DNA of 64,000 bases, taken from sequence record NC_055733.1; one strand, 5' to 3'. The position numbers and the translations under genes were made by a program. Of the stretch, positions 28,746 to 37,948 are shown piece after piece (position 1 is the first letter of the stretch; each line of letters begins with the position of its first letter). The notes beneath the pieces were generated by a model. It was not told the DNA's origin. It did not search any database and was given only the letters and a program-made list of their open reading frames with translations.

Positions 28746-29014
28746 GCGTTTTCGTTTACCCAGGCTTTCAGTTCTTCAAAGCCACCGATGTATTCACCAT
28801 CAGCGAATACTTGAGGCATAGAAGTAACAACAACACCATGCTCTTTTGCGCGGCGAGTTAGATCAGCTTTATTTGTTTTGTGTTCTTCTGTCTTACTGAT
28901 TTTTGCAATCGGCAGAAAAACATAGTCTACCATTCTGGTGTCAAGCAGACGCTTGGCATTCAGACAGGGTTTGCATTCGAGTTCGAGAGGATCGAAACCG
29001 TACACTTCCAGCAT
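28742..29014 (-). CDS. nrdC: glutaredoxin/thioredoxin
   Basis: VYGFD...CKPCLNAKRLL and MPQVFADGEYIGGF. Confidence 0.85.
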   Translation of the reverse strand: MLEVYGFDPLELECKPCLNAKRLLDTRMVDYVFLPIAKISKTEEHKTNKADLTRRAKEHGVVVTSMPQVFADGEYIGGFEELKAWVNENA

Positions 29015-29023
29015 TATTATTCC

Positions 29024-29407
29024 TTAAATTACTTGAGTAAAAGTTCGATTGATAATATCAAGTTGTTGCTCGTTGGTCAGAGCAGAGAAACGAACGGCGT
29101 AGCCTGAAACTCTGATTGTCAGATTCGGATATTGTTCCGGGTGTTCCATAGCATTTACCAGAGTTTCACGGGTGAACACATTAACATTGAGGTGTTGGCC
29201 ACCGTTCGGCTGATATTCTTTAACGATGTCGATTTCGCGAGTAACAGCGAGATCAACTTGATGTTTCACGGCAACATATTTAACGCTGCCAGCTTTTAGA
29301 ATTTCATCATCATGATAGCCGGGAGCACAAATAACTCGGATTGCATCTTCGGTAACAAATAGAATTGCACCACGCAAATGCCCGCTTAATACTTGAATTG
29401 CTTTCAT
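29024..29407 (-). CDS. grcA: autonomous glycyl radical cofactor (T4 vs.6-like)
   Basis: GGQHLNVNV...HPEQYPNLTIRVSGYAVRF. Confidence 0.92.
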   Translation of the reverse strand: MKAIQVLSGHLRGAILFVTEDAIRVICAPGYHDDEILKAGSVKYVAVKHQVDLAVTREIDIVKEYQPNGGQHLNVNVFTRETLVNAMEHPEQYPNLTIRVSGYAVRFSALTNEQQLDIINRTFTQVI

Positions 29408-29886
29408 ACATTCTCACTTATGTAAATGATGCGTTGATTACTGGACCCACGGAACTTTAAATCAACGTCTTTAAGTTCTTCAACGAATTTTCCGTCAACA
29501 AGAACGTCAATCAGTGAAGTAACTATAACATTCTTTTTAGACTCAAGTAAACATTCTTCTTTGGTATATCCTGTCCAGAGCCAAACAGTTTTATTCGGGA
29601 ACTCAGCACGAAACCATTTCAGAAACTCGATTAACGCATCCAGATTGCGCTCATACAACGGATCACCACCAAGCAGTGATATCCCATCACGCTTGATACG
29701 GGTATCGTTCATATCGCGTTCCACGAGCTTCCTTAGCTGAAACTCTTCTTCTGTCTTACCTTCCCATTTCCAAGTATTCTTTCCAAAGCAACCTTTGCAT
29801 TGGTGACTACATCCAGCAAGCCAAATACTTGCGCGAGTACCAGTTCCGTTTAATACATCTAACGACTTATAATCCAAGATCTTCAT
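29404..29886 (-). CDS. nrdG: anaerobic RNR activase (radical SAM)
   Basis: GCSHQCKGC, LGGDPL and FRGSSNQR. Confidence 0.95.
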   Translation of the reverse strand: MKILDYKSLDVLNGTGTRASIWLAGCSHQCKGCFGKNTWKWEGKTEEEFQLRKLVERDMNDTRIKRDGISLLGGDPLYERNLDALIEFLKWFRAEFPNKTVWLWTGYTKEECLLESKKNVIVTSLIDVLVDGKFVEELKDVDLKFRGSSNQRIIYISENV

Positions 29887-29904
29887 ATATTTTCCTTAAT
29901 AAGA

Positions 29905-29924
29905 AAAGGGGCTTTCGCCCCTTT
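29905..29924 (-). terminator. GNRA hairpin after nrdD
   Basis: aaaggggc-gaaa-gcccc-tttt. Confidence 0.75.
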
Positions 29925-29926
29925 AA

Positions 29927-32041
29927 TCACAAATGTTTACACCGCAACATAACTTCTTGTTGTTTCCCGTGGTTGAATGGACGAGCATTTACTTCTCCCA
30001 GATAACCACAAACACGACGAATAACGTTCATTTTCTTGTCGTCGTGATTGCCGCATTTCGGACATTCGTACCCTTTGGAAGTAGCAGTGAATTCGCCATG
30101 ATAGCCACATTCAAAGCAAACATCAACCGGAGTATTTGTTCCGTAATACGGTGTGTTCAGATAAGCATAATCCCAAACGTCTTCCAGCGCTTTCAGATTA
30201 TCTTTCATATTCGGATATTCACCGTATGAAATAAATCCGCCTGTACTCAGAGGAATAAATTGCTTTTCAAAATCGATCTTGTCATACGGATTAGTATTAT
30301 GACGAACGTCGAGGTGAAAGCTGTTTGTGTAATAATCTTTATCGAACACTTTATTTTCTGGATAACGTTCGCGATCAATCTTGGCGAAACGATAGCACAG
30401 ACTTTCGGACGGAGTGCCGTACAGACTAAAAGCGAGTCCAGTTTGTTCTTTCCATGCATCTGCCAGCTCTTTCATTCGTTGAAGAACAGAAACAGCAAAT
30501 ACTTGTTTTGATTGATTTTCCATGATGTGTTCATCGATACCACGCATCATAATTTCGGTGACTTCATGCAGACCGATATATCCAATACTCACGGAAGCGC
30601 GACCGTTATCAAACGCTTTCATGATATCATCATCTGGATTCAGACGTACACCACAAGCGCCTTCGACGTAAAGAATCGGAGCGACGCTGGCTTTGACTCC
30701 ACGCAGACGATCAACGCGAGCAATCAACGCTTGCTTAACAACTTCCATACGCTGTTCCAGAAGTTCCCAGAATCGCATATGATTGCCATTTGAATCGAGA
30801 GCGATTCGCGGCAGATTCAGAGTCACAACACCGAGATTATTTCTACCGTCGTGAACTTCATTACCGTTTTCGTCTTCCCAACGATGCAAGAAACTACGGC
30901 ATCCCATAGGGAATTTAAAGCTACCTGTGATTTCAACAACTTTATCATAACTCAGGATATCTGGATACATACGCTTAGAAGCGCACTCCAGTGCCAGTTG
31001 CTTGATTCGATAAAGCGGGTCAGTCGGCTTTAAGTTGTGTCCGTCTTTCAGAGCAAACACAAGTTTCGGGAACACCGGAGTGATACCCTCTTTGCCGAGT
31101 CCAGCTAATCGAACTTTCAAGATTGCTTCTTGAATCAGTTCGGCTTCCCAGCTTTCACCTAGACCAAATCCGAATGTGCAGAACGGGGTTTGGCCGTTTG
31201 CGGAGTGAAGAGTATTCACTTCGTATTCGAGACCCTGCATTGCATCATACACAGCTTTGCGAGTCTTTGCAATAGCATATTCTTTCGCGTCTGGAATCTT
31301 CCAATAGCGAGCTTCGTCCAAATGCTTTTCGTGAGTCATTTTAACATACGGTGCCAGCACTTCGTCAATGCGATTGATTGTGTTACCGCCATAAATGTGA
31401 CTTGCCACTTGTGCAATAATCTGAGCGACTACAGCAGCAGCGGTAGAAATGCTTTTCGGAGTTTCAATTTGTGCATTACCCATACGGAATCCACGTTCTA
31501 ACATGCCTTTAACATCAATGAGCTGGCAGTTAAACATCGGGAAGAACGGTGAATAGTCAAGATCGTGGAAATGAATCCAACCCATTTCATGTGCTTGCAT
31601 GACTTCGACAGGCAGATAATGCTTTGCAAAATGCTTGCTAACAATACCAGCTACCAGATCGCGTTGAGTAGGGATTACCTTAGCGTCTTTGTTGGCGTTT
31701 TCGTTCATGATTGATTCGTCGGATTGACGCATCAGGCCCATAATACGCTTTGTCATGTCAGAGTTAAGATCGCGGGCAACATCACGATCATATCGATATT
31801 CGATATAAGCGCGAGCCACAGCAGGATAGCGAGATCTCATTAGGGTATCTTCTACAGTATGCTGGATTTCTTCAATCGTTACTGTAGAGCGTCCAATGAG
31901 CTTACGAACAACAGCCTCGGTAGCGTGTTGCGGGAAAGTCATATCATTGATGCCGATTGACTTGAGGGAATTGGTGATTGCGGTTTCAATAAAAGAACGA
32001 TCAAAATCAACGATTCGACCGTCGCGTTTTTGTACTTGCAT
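29927..32041 (-). CDS. nrdD: anaerobic (class III) ribonucleotide reductase
   Basis: ATP cone, PMGCRS, NLGVVTLN, CFEC/CPKC and RRVCGY; no intron. Confidence 0.97.
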   Translation of the reverse strand: MQVQKRDGRIVDFDRSFIETAITNSLKSIGINDMTFPQHATEAVVRKLIGRSTVTIEEIQHTVEDTLMRSRYPAVARAYIEYRYDRDVARDLNSDMTKRIMGLMRQSDESIMNENANKDAKVIPTQRDLVAGIVSKHFAKHYLPVEVMQAHEMGWIHFHDLDYSPFFPMFNCQLIDVKGMLERGFRMGNAQIETPKSISTAAAVVAQIIAQVASHIYGGNTINRIDEVLAPYVKMTHEKHLDEARYWKIPDAKEYAIAKTRKAVYDAMQGLEYEVNTLHSANGQTPFCTFGFGLGESWEAELIQEAILKVRLAGLGKEGITPVFPKLVFALKDGHNLKPTDPLYRIKQLALECASKRMYPDILSYDKVVEITGSFKFPMGCRSFLHRWEDENGNEVHDGRNNLGVVTLNLPRIALDSNGNHMRFWELLEQRMEVVKQALIARVDRLRGVKASVAPILYVEGACGVRLNPDDDIMKAFDNGRASVSIGYIGLHEVTEIMMRGIDEHIMENQSKQVFAVSVLQRMKELADAWKEQTGLAFSLYGTPSESLCYRFAKIDRERYPENKVFDKDYYTNSFHLDVRHNTNPYDKIDFEKQFIPLSTGGFISYGEYPNMKDNLKALEDVWDYAYLNTPYYGTNTPVDVCFECGYHGEFTATSKGYECPKCGNHDDKKMNVIRRVCGYLGEVNARPFNHGKQQEVMLRCKHL

Positions 32042-32071
32042 TTTGTTTCCGTTGTGAGTGTGTAGGAAAAG

Positions 32072-32093
32072 AAAAACGAGTCTCTCGACTCGT
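32072..32093 (-). terminator. hairpin upstream of nrdD
   Basis: acgagtc-gaga-gactcgt-ttttc. Confidence 0.7.
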
Positions 32094-32163
32094 TCTTATA
32101 GTAATACTATTTATGTCGGTAATAAACTTAGCCGAACAAAGAAAGTAACTCGGTATCTTCTTT

Positions 32164-32250
32164 TTAGAAAATTGCTGGAGCAACAACGCCGAAAAGAATT
32201 CCCAGGATTGCAACAACAACAATCAATTCGATCAGAGTAAAGCCTTTCAT
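32164..32250 (-). CDS. 28-aa type IV prepilin N-terminal-like peptide MKGFTLIELIVVVAILGILFGVVAPAIF
   Basis: G|FTLIE motif with Glu+5; ATGA coupling to the upstream gene's stop; not in the ORF track. Confidence 0.75.
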   Translation of the reverse strand: MKGFTLIELIVVVAILGILFGVVAPAIF

Positions 32251-32510
32251 TTCAGATCCTCACATTGAGTAATGAGTTTAAAACCTTGTTTACGAACAAT
32301 CGAACGAGCAGCACAGAAAGCACCGAACTTGCTCTTTGCTTCTATGTTCATGATATCAGAGTCAAATTCAGATGTGTTCATATCATAGAACACCATACCA
32401 AACATACGGTGCGCGAAATCTTTGTTTTCTGACGCCATAGCCTCTCCGTTTGCAGCAACATAAGCTTGCTTAGTTTGTTCGTTCTTAAAAACCCGAATTT
32501 GGTATTTCAT
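32247..32510 (-). CDS. hypothetical protein (87 aa)
   Basis: SD GAGG and its own early promoter near 32537-32566. Confidence 0.7.
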   Translation of the reverse strand: MKYQIRVFKNEQTKQAYVAANGEAMASENKDFAHRMFGMVFYDMNTSEFDSDIMNIEAKSKFGAFCAARSIVRKQGFKLITQCEDLK

Positions 32511-32580
32511 GATTTGTTCCTCTCGTTTAGATGTGTCCATATTATCAGAACGATACCAAGTGTCAACACATTTTGGAAAT

Positions 32581-32604
32581 AAAAAATCCGCCCGAAGGCG
32601 GATT
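32581..32604 (-). terminator. UUCG terminator after nrdB (same stem as 43803-43824)
   Basis: atccgcc-ttcg-ggcggat-ttttt. Confidence 0.85.
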
Positions 32605-32607
32605 CTG

Positions 32608-33738
32608 TTAAACTTCTAGTTCTTCAAAGAAACTATCATCGAGAGTTGAATCAACTTGTCCGATCAGATAGCTAGACAACTCAGCCTCTTGGGCAGCGAC
32701 TTGAACGGAATCACTATTCAGCCACTTGCGAATCCACGGAAGAGGGTGTTTCATGCTGGTATTCAGTTCTTCCGGTGCAGGAAGACCAGCAGAGCGCATA
32801 CGGCTTACAGTCAGATAATCGATGTAATCCAACATGCTAGATAGACTCAGGCCAGGAATAGTAACATTACCAAGCAAGTCTCTTGCCCAGTCTTTCTCTT
32901 GTTCGGCAACTTCCAAGAAGATTTGTACCGCTTTGTGTTCGAGACGTTTAGCAATCTCATACATTTCGGTATCATCTTCTGCATTCTGCCAAGCACGGAT
33001 CAGATACTGGGTGCCTTTCAGATGAAGCTGTTCATCACGCGCAATCAGACGCATAATCTTAGCATTGCCTTCCATGATACCGCGTTCAGCGAACGAGAAG
33101 GTGCAAGCAAAGCTAACATAAAAACGAATTGCTTCCAAAGCGTTTACGGCGTGCATTGCAAGATACAACGCTTCTTTGACCTTGGTCAGTTGTGCAATTC
33201 GCAACTCCGGAGAGAATACGGGCTGTGATACCAGATCGTATGTTTTCAACTCTTTGATCAGATTATCGTAATACTGAGTTACAGAAGTGGCACGTGCCAT
33301 GATCTTACTGTCAAGCAGAATCTTATCAAACACAGCAGACGGATCAACATAGATATTCCGCATGATGTGAGTATAAGAACGGCTATGAATTGTCTCACTA
33401 AAACTCCAAGTAGTGATCCAAGTCTCAAGCGCAACATCGGACACGATTGGCAAGAATACCAAGTTAGGTGCGCGACCCTGCACGGAGTCAAGCAGACTTT
33501 GATATTTCAGATTCTGGGTGAAAACATGCTGTTCGGCTTCACTCAGTTGATTGTAGTCGATTGCATCTTTGGACAAATCCACTTCTTCGGGACGCCAGAA
33601 AAATGAGAGCGAACGTTCCGTTAATTTATCAATCGCTGGGTGTTTTACTGTTTCATATCTGGCTAATCCCATTGCTTCGCCCAAGAACAACGGAGCTTTC
33701 ATATGATCAACTACATTTTTATTAAATACGGTATCCAT
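32608..33738 (-). CDS. nrdB: class Ia RNR beta subunit
   Basis: FFWRPEEV, LDSVQG, ETIHSRSY, EAIRFY and RDEQLH; no intron. Confidence 0.97.
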   Translation of the reverse strand: MDTVFNKNVVDHMKAPLFLGEAMGLARYETVKHPAIDKLTERSLSFFWRPEEVDLSKDAIDYNQLSEAEQHVFTQNLKYQSLLDSVQGRAPNLVFLPIVSDVALETWITTWSFSETIHSRSYTHIMRNIYVDPSAVFDKILLDSKIMARATSVTQYYDNLIKELKTYDLVSQPVFSPELRIAQLTKVKEALYLAMHAVNALEAIRFYVSFACTFSFAERGIMEGNAKIMRLIARDEQLHLKGTQYLIRAWQNAEDDTEMYEIAKRLEHKAVQIFLEVAEQEKDWARDLLGNVTIPGLSLSSMLDYIDYLTVSRMRSAGLPAPEELNTSMKHPLPWIRKWLNSDSVQVAAQEAELSSYLIGQVDSTLDDSFFEELEV

Positions 33739-33753
33739 TTTTATTCCTTGTTA

Positions 33754-33771
33754 TAGGGGCCGAAGCCCCTA
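33754..33771 (-). terminator. UUCG hairpin between nrdA and nrdB
   Basis: taggggc-ttcg-gcccct. Confidence 0.6.
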
Positions 33772-33786
33772 GTGATAGACTTGATA

Positions 33787-36021
33787 TTAGACCTTGCACG
33801 TCTCGCATTCGGAAGAAGTATCTTCTGTGCCGTCTGCGCCGTCGCGAGTATTAGAATAATACAGTGATTTAACACCATGTTTCTGTGCTCTTGACATATC
33901 TTTCAATACGACTTTCATCGGGATCTTCTCACCCGGATACACAGCAGGATCATAATAAGTATTCGCACTAATCATTTGATCCACAAACTTCTGCATAATA
34001 GCTACAATGTCCAAGTAACCCTTCATGCCGCGTTTAGTCATCTGCCAAGCTGTTTCATACTCGCTACCAAGCATGTCTACCTCAGGCACTAGCTGATTAA
34101 ACACACCATCTTTTGATTGCTTGGTACTCACTAGGCCGCGTGGTGGCTCAATACCGTTTGTGCTGTTGGTGATCTGTGAACTACTCTCACATGGCATAAA
34201 TGCGCTTAGAGTATCGTTTCGCAATCCGTGCTTTTTGATCTCAGAACGTAGCCATTCCCAATCCATTTTCAGATCATTCGGAACGATATTATCAACGTTT
34301 TTGTTATACCAGTCAATCGGCAGCAGGCCATCAGCCCATTTTGTCTTATGATGCCACTCGTTTGCACCGCGTTCTTTCGCCAGCTCCATAGACGCTACCA
34401 AGTTCGCAAACTGCATCATTTCCATGGTGCGGTGAACAAGCTTGTTTGCATTGCCGCTAGAGTAGTTAACAAAATTCTTCGCCAAGAAATAAGCAAAGTT
34501 TGTTACACCAATACCCAATGCGCGACGCTTCTTAGCTGCCAGTGCTTGAACAACTGGATAATCCTGATAGTCAAGCAAGTTATCGAGTGCGCGAACAGCA
34601 GCACGAGCCACGTTTAGGAAGTCTTCATAACCCTCAATTGCACCGAGATTATATGCTGCTAAAGTGCAGAGCGCCACCTCCCCGGACCCGTCTTTCTTGA
34701 CTGGGTATGTGGGCAAGGCAATTTCAATGCAAAGGTTGGACTGTCGAATCGGCTCTTTGTACGGAGTAGCCGAGTTAACGTTATCAACGAACATCGGATA
34801 AATGCGACCGGTACCAGTTCTTTCTTGTGCGAACAGATTGAACAACTCAGAGGCTTTGATACGCTTCTTACGACACCAAGGTTCATTTTCCAACATTTCG
34901 TACATTTCTTTGAACTTCACTGGATCAGAATAGAACAGATTGTAAAGCTCGCCGTTTTGAACGTCCGGACTAAAGAGCGTGATATAGTCGTCATTTTTCA
35001 GACGCTCGAAAAACAGCTTGTTGATTTGGATACCGTAGTCAAGCTGACGAATTCGATTTTCTTCCACGCCCTTGTTGTTTTTCAAAACAAGGATTTTTTC
35101 AACTTCAAGATGCCACATCGGATAGTAAAGAGTAGCAGCACCGCCGCGAACACCACCCTGTGAGCAACTTTTTACCGCAGTCTGGAAATGTTTCCAGAAC
35201 GGAATAATACCAGTGTGACGAACTTCACCACTTCGAATGCGAGAGCCTTCGGCACGAATAGCGCCACCGTTGATGCCGATACCAGCTCGTTTGCTGATAT
35301 AGTCAACGATTGAACTTGCGGTAGCGTTAATGCTATCGAGTTCATCACCACATTCAATCTTGACGCATGAGCTAAATTGACGAGTCGGAGTACGAACACC
35401 AGCAAGAATCGGCGTCGGTAGACTCAGTTTGCCCAAAGAAGTTACGTCATAAAAGTTTTTAACTTTAGCAATTCTATCTGTTTTTTCGTCTTGGTGCAAG
35501 CACATTGCAACAAGCATATACAACATTTGCGGGGTTTCGTACAATTCGCCTGTACTGCGATCTTTCGCCAAATACTTTTCTTTGAATTGCATTACACCAG
35601 CATAAGCCAGATTAAAATCGCGTTCATGTTTGATATAGCTATTCAGCTCATTAAATTCTTCGTCTGTCCACTTAGCGGCAAGATCTTTATCATAGATGCC
35701 GTCTTGTACCAAGTCCAGAGTGTGTCGTTTCAGATGAATCGGATCAAACTGATTATAAACGTCTTTGCGAATAGCGTACATTTGCAGACGAGCAGAAACA
35801 TATTGATAATCAGATTGTTCAATAGAGATTCGATCCGCCGCAAACTTGATTGCCAGCTTTTGAATGTCTTTTGTACTCATGCCGTCAGTGATTGAAGGCA
35901 TAATACCACTCATGATTTCGTTTGGATCGATTCGAGTTCCAGCGGTGGCGAACCCAAGAATTTTCAACAGCTTGTTGGAATCAAAATTCTCAGTTATACC
36001 ACTTGATTTTCTTACCAGCAT
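33787..36021 (-). CDS. nrdA: class Ia RNR alpha subunit
   Basis: ATP cone, PTP, FSSC, SNLCIEI, NSTNGIEP, SLYY and C-terminal CETC. Confidence 0.97.
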   Translation of the reverse strand: MLVRKSSGITENFDSNKLLKILGFATAGTRIDPNEIMSGIMPSITDGMSTKDIQKLAIKFAADRISIEQSDYQYVSARLQMYAIRKDVYNQFDPIHLKRHTLDLVQDGIYDKDLAAKWTDEEFNELNSYIKHERDFNLAYAGVMQFKEKYLAKDRSTGELYETPQMLYMLVAMCLHQDEKTDRIAKVKNFYDVTSLGKLSLPTPILAGVRTPTRQFSSCVKIECGDELDSINATASSIVDYISKRAGIGINGGAIRAEGSRIRSGEVRHTGIIPFWKHFQTAVKSCSQGGVRGGAATLYYPMWHLEVEKILVLKNNKGVEENRIRQLDYGIQINKLFFERLKNDDYITLFSPDVQNGELYNLFYSDPVKFKEMYEMLENEPWCRKKRIKASELFNLFAQERTGTGRIYPMFVDNVNSATPYKEPIRQSNLCIEIALPTYPVKKDGSGEVALCTLAAYNLGAIEGYEDFLNVARAAVRALDNLLDYQDYPVVQALAAKKRRALGIGVTNFAYFLAKNFVNYSSGNANKLVHRTMEMMQFANLVASMELAKERGANEWHHKTKWADGLLPIDWYNKNVDNIVPNDLKMDWEWLRSEIKKHGLRNDTLSAFMPCESSSQITNSTNGIEPPRGLVSTKQSKDGVFNQLVPEVDMLGSEYETAWQMTKRGMKGYLDIVAIMQKFVDQMISANTYYDPAVYPGEKIPMKVVLKDMSRAQKHGVKSLYYSNTRDGADGTEDTSSECETCKV

Positions 36022-36058
36022 TAAAGCTCCGTTGTGTTATGTGTTGGAGGAGAGTTTC

Positions 36059-36087
36059 ATTATACAACAATCACGGTTGATGTAAAC
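36059..36087 (-). promoter_or_regulatory. early promoter GTTTAC-N17-TATAAT for nrdA
   Basis: Matches the T4 early-promoter consensus. Confidence 0.75.
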
Positions 36088-36231
36088 AAATTACATCTTT
36101 AGTTTCAAAGAAAATCCCTCATCTGCGGGATTGTTATTTAGATTTGATTGTAATGATTATCACCAAATGTCATTACATTTAGCCAATGACGAGCCAGCTC
36201 AATCCTAGCATCATAATATTTTACATTCTTA

Positions 36232-37131
36232 CTATAGCATACCGCATTTTGAGGACTGGTATCGTCTTTGATGCCAATTAGTTTTCGCGATTTTCATCAC
36301 ATTTTCGATTACTTTCAGCCAATGACGAGCCAGCTCCAAACGCGCCTCATAGTATGAGGTATCATACTTCATCAAACCGTGAGCTTCGTCCTTAAACTGT
36401 TTGATTGCTTGATCTCGCTTGTGATCTTCGATTGTGTAGTGTTTTGCGCGAGGATCCGGCATGAAGTTCTTAACTTCATCATTATCAAGCATGATGATGT
36501 AACCTTTCCAACCACTCCAATATTTGTAGTCTTGAAGCAAGTATTCATCGTTCAACTTTACTTTGATCATTTCACACAGACCTTCCTTGAGATGGTCGCG
36601 AGTGATTTTACCAGAGATTACATCGCGCAAAATTTCGCGAGATTCTTCCCAGTCTTGGCGATTATATACATAATGACGAACCAAATCGTTCATTTTATCC
36701 TGACGTTCAATAGCATCACAATATTCGGATTGAAGTTTAAGAATGTAGCGCAGCCAGTGACGAGCCAGTTCCAGGCGAGCTTCCCAGTATCCGTCGTTAC
36801 CAACTTCGTCTTCTTCGTGATATTGTCTGATTGCCTCTTTCAGAGGATCTTCCATTTCATCCGGATTGCCAATGATAATACAGTGACCTTCCCAACCACT
36901 AAAGAATTTATAATCGTCCAGTGTACCAAGACTACACAAATCGATGCCACCTGCTCGGGAGCCAGTTACATAACAGAGACCGATTTTACACTCTTCACGG
37001 GTAATGCTACCGTCGATTACGGCTTGCAGTTTTGATTTTGTTACGTCGAAACGTGCTTTGTTCTTGACGTAGTGTTTAACAGCTTCGGAAACCATCGGGT
37101 CGTTGATGATGCGAGTTTGCAGTTCGTTCAT
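36232..37131 (-). CDS. hypothetical protein with an internally duplicated ~135-aa domain (possibly extends to 36138)
   Basis: Two copies of V(K/R)HYV...I..G.ITR...GLC...DYK..SGW.G..I...Y(W/Y)EARLELARHWL; a third ELARHWL lies in the +1 frame. Confidence 0.8.
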   Translation of the reverse strand: MNELQTRIINDPMVSEAVKHYVKNKARFDVTKSKLQAVIDGSITREECKIGLCYVTGSRAGGIDLCSLGTLDDYKFFSGWEGHCIIIGNPDEMEDPLKEAIRQYHEEDEVGNDGYWEARLELARHWLRYILKLQSEYCDAIERQDKMNDLVRHYVYNRQDWEESREILRDVISGKITRDHLKEGLCEMIKVKLNDEYLLQDYKYWSGWKGYIIMLDNDEVKNFMPDPRAKHYTIEDHKRDQAIKQFKDEAHGLMKYDTSYYEARLELARHWLKVIENVMKIAKTNWHQRRYQSSKCGML

Positions 37132-37184
37132 AATGTATTCCTAGTTTATGTTATGTAGCTATATTAGCGGGTTCGCGAGTTGTG

Positions 37185-37355
37185 TCAATTGGTTTCGGAA
37201 AGAAATTTGATATCTTCTTTTGCGTCTTCAATGCGAAGATATTCACCACGTAGAACACTGTCCATTACCATAGCAGTAGAGCGTTCATTTTTGTCCTTGC
37301 TCTTGAGCATAGCGTTAATCTTTGATCTGATTTCAAATGCTTCTTCTAGTGTCAT
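37185..37355 (-). CDS. hypothetical protein (56 aa, MTLEEAFEIR...)
   Basis: SD GAGG; below the ORF-track cutoff. Confidence 0.55.
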   Translation of the reverse strand: MTLEEAFEIRSKINAMLKSKDKNERSTAMVMDSVLRGEYLRIEDAKEDIKFLSETN

Positions 37356-37411
37356 GGTATTATCCTCTAAAACAATAAAGCCAGTCTACATGGACTGGCT
37401 GTTATGTCAAA

Positions 37412-37906
37412 TCAATTATGAAGTTTTTTCATCATTTTTGGAAATTCCTTGTTGAACACTTTGCAGAGTTCTGCCTTAGTCATTCCTTCATTATACGCGA
37501 ATCCATATCGTTGCAGTTCTGCGATCATCGCTGGCTTATCTTGGCGAGCGAATCGCTTTTTAGTATCAGGAACAAGTTTCGGGTGTATGTCGTTTTTGCT
37601 GCTATCTTTTTTCAGATAAGCCAACAACGCTTCCAGATACTCGATGTAATCGATACCACGTCCTGCTAATCCAGAGCGCATAAACTCATGGCGAGTTCGT
37701 CCTTCAGACCCGTTGCAGAGATTACAAAGCAGACCGCGCACACGACCGGCTTGTGGTCCGTCTAGTTCGTGATCGTGATCCAAATGATTCTTGTTGATTT
37801 CTTTGTCTAGTTCGCGTTTGCAAATCGGACAAATTCCATTTTGAGCATGATACAGTTTTTCTTTTGCGAGATCATAAGTTTTGGGAGTTAGGAGCATTAG
37901 AGTCAT
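37412..37906 (-). CDS. 49: recombination endonuclease VII (Holliday junction resolvase)
   Basis: CPIC, HLDHDHEL..P.AG.VRGLLC..CN..EG. Confidence 0.96.
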   Translation of the reverse strand: MTLMLLTPKTYDLAKEKLYHAQNGICPICKRELDKEINKNHLDHDHELDGPQAGRVRGLLCNLCNGSEGRTRHEFMRSGLAGRGIDYIEYLEALLAYLKKDSSKNDIHPKLVPDTKKRFARQDKPAMIAELQRYGFAYNEGMTKAELCKVFNKEFPKMMKKLHN

Positions 37907-37935
37907 TCCATTTTTGATAGTATGACTCTATTTAG
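37900..37935 (-). promoter_or_regulatory. late promoter CTAAATA plus start-codon-sequestering hairpin for gene 49
   Basis: GAGTCAT...ATGACTC 7-bp stem includes the ATG; the promoter abuts the 5' arm. Confidence 0.7.
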
Positions 37936-37948
37936 CGATTACAGGTGG

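Noticed and set aside
32042-32115. Late promoter CATAAATA at 32108-32115 as the nrdD promoter or a riboswitch leader
   Set aside because: It is followed within about 15 nt by a terminator-like hairpin, and no known riboswitch motif was recognised.
29927-36021. Group I introns or mobE in nrdD, nrdB or nrdA
   Set aside because: All three ORFs are continuous and full length, and the nrdA-nrdB gap is only 48 bp.
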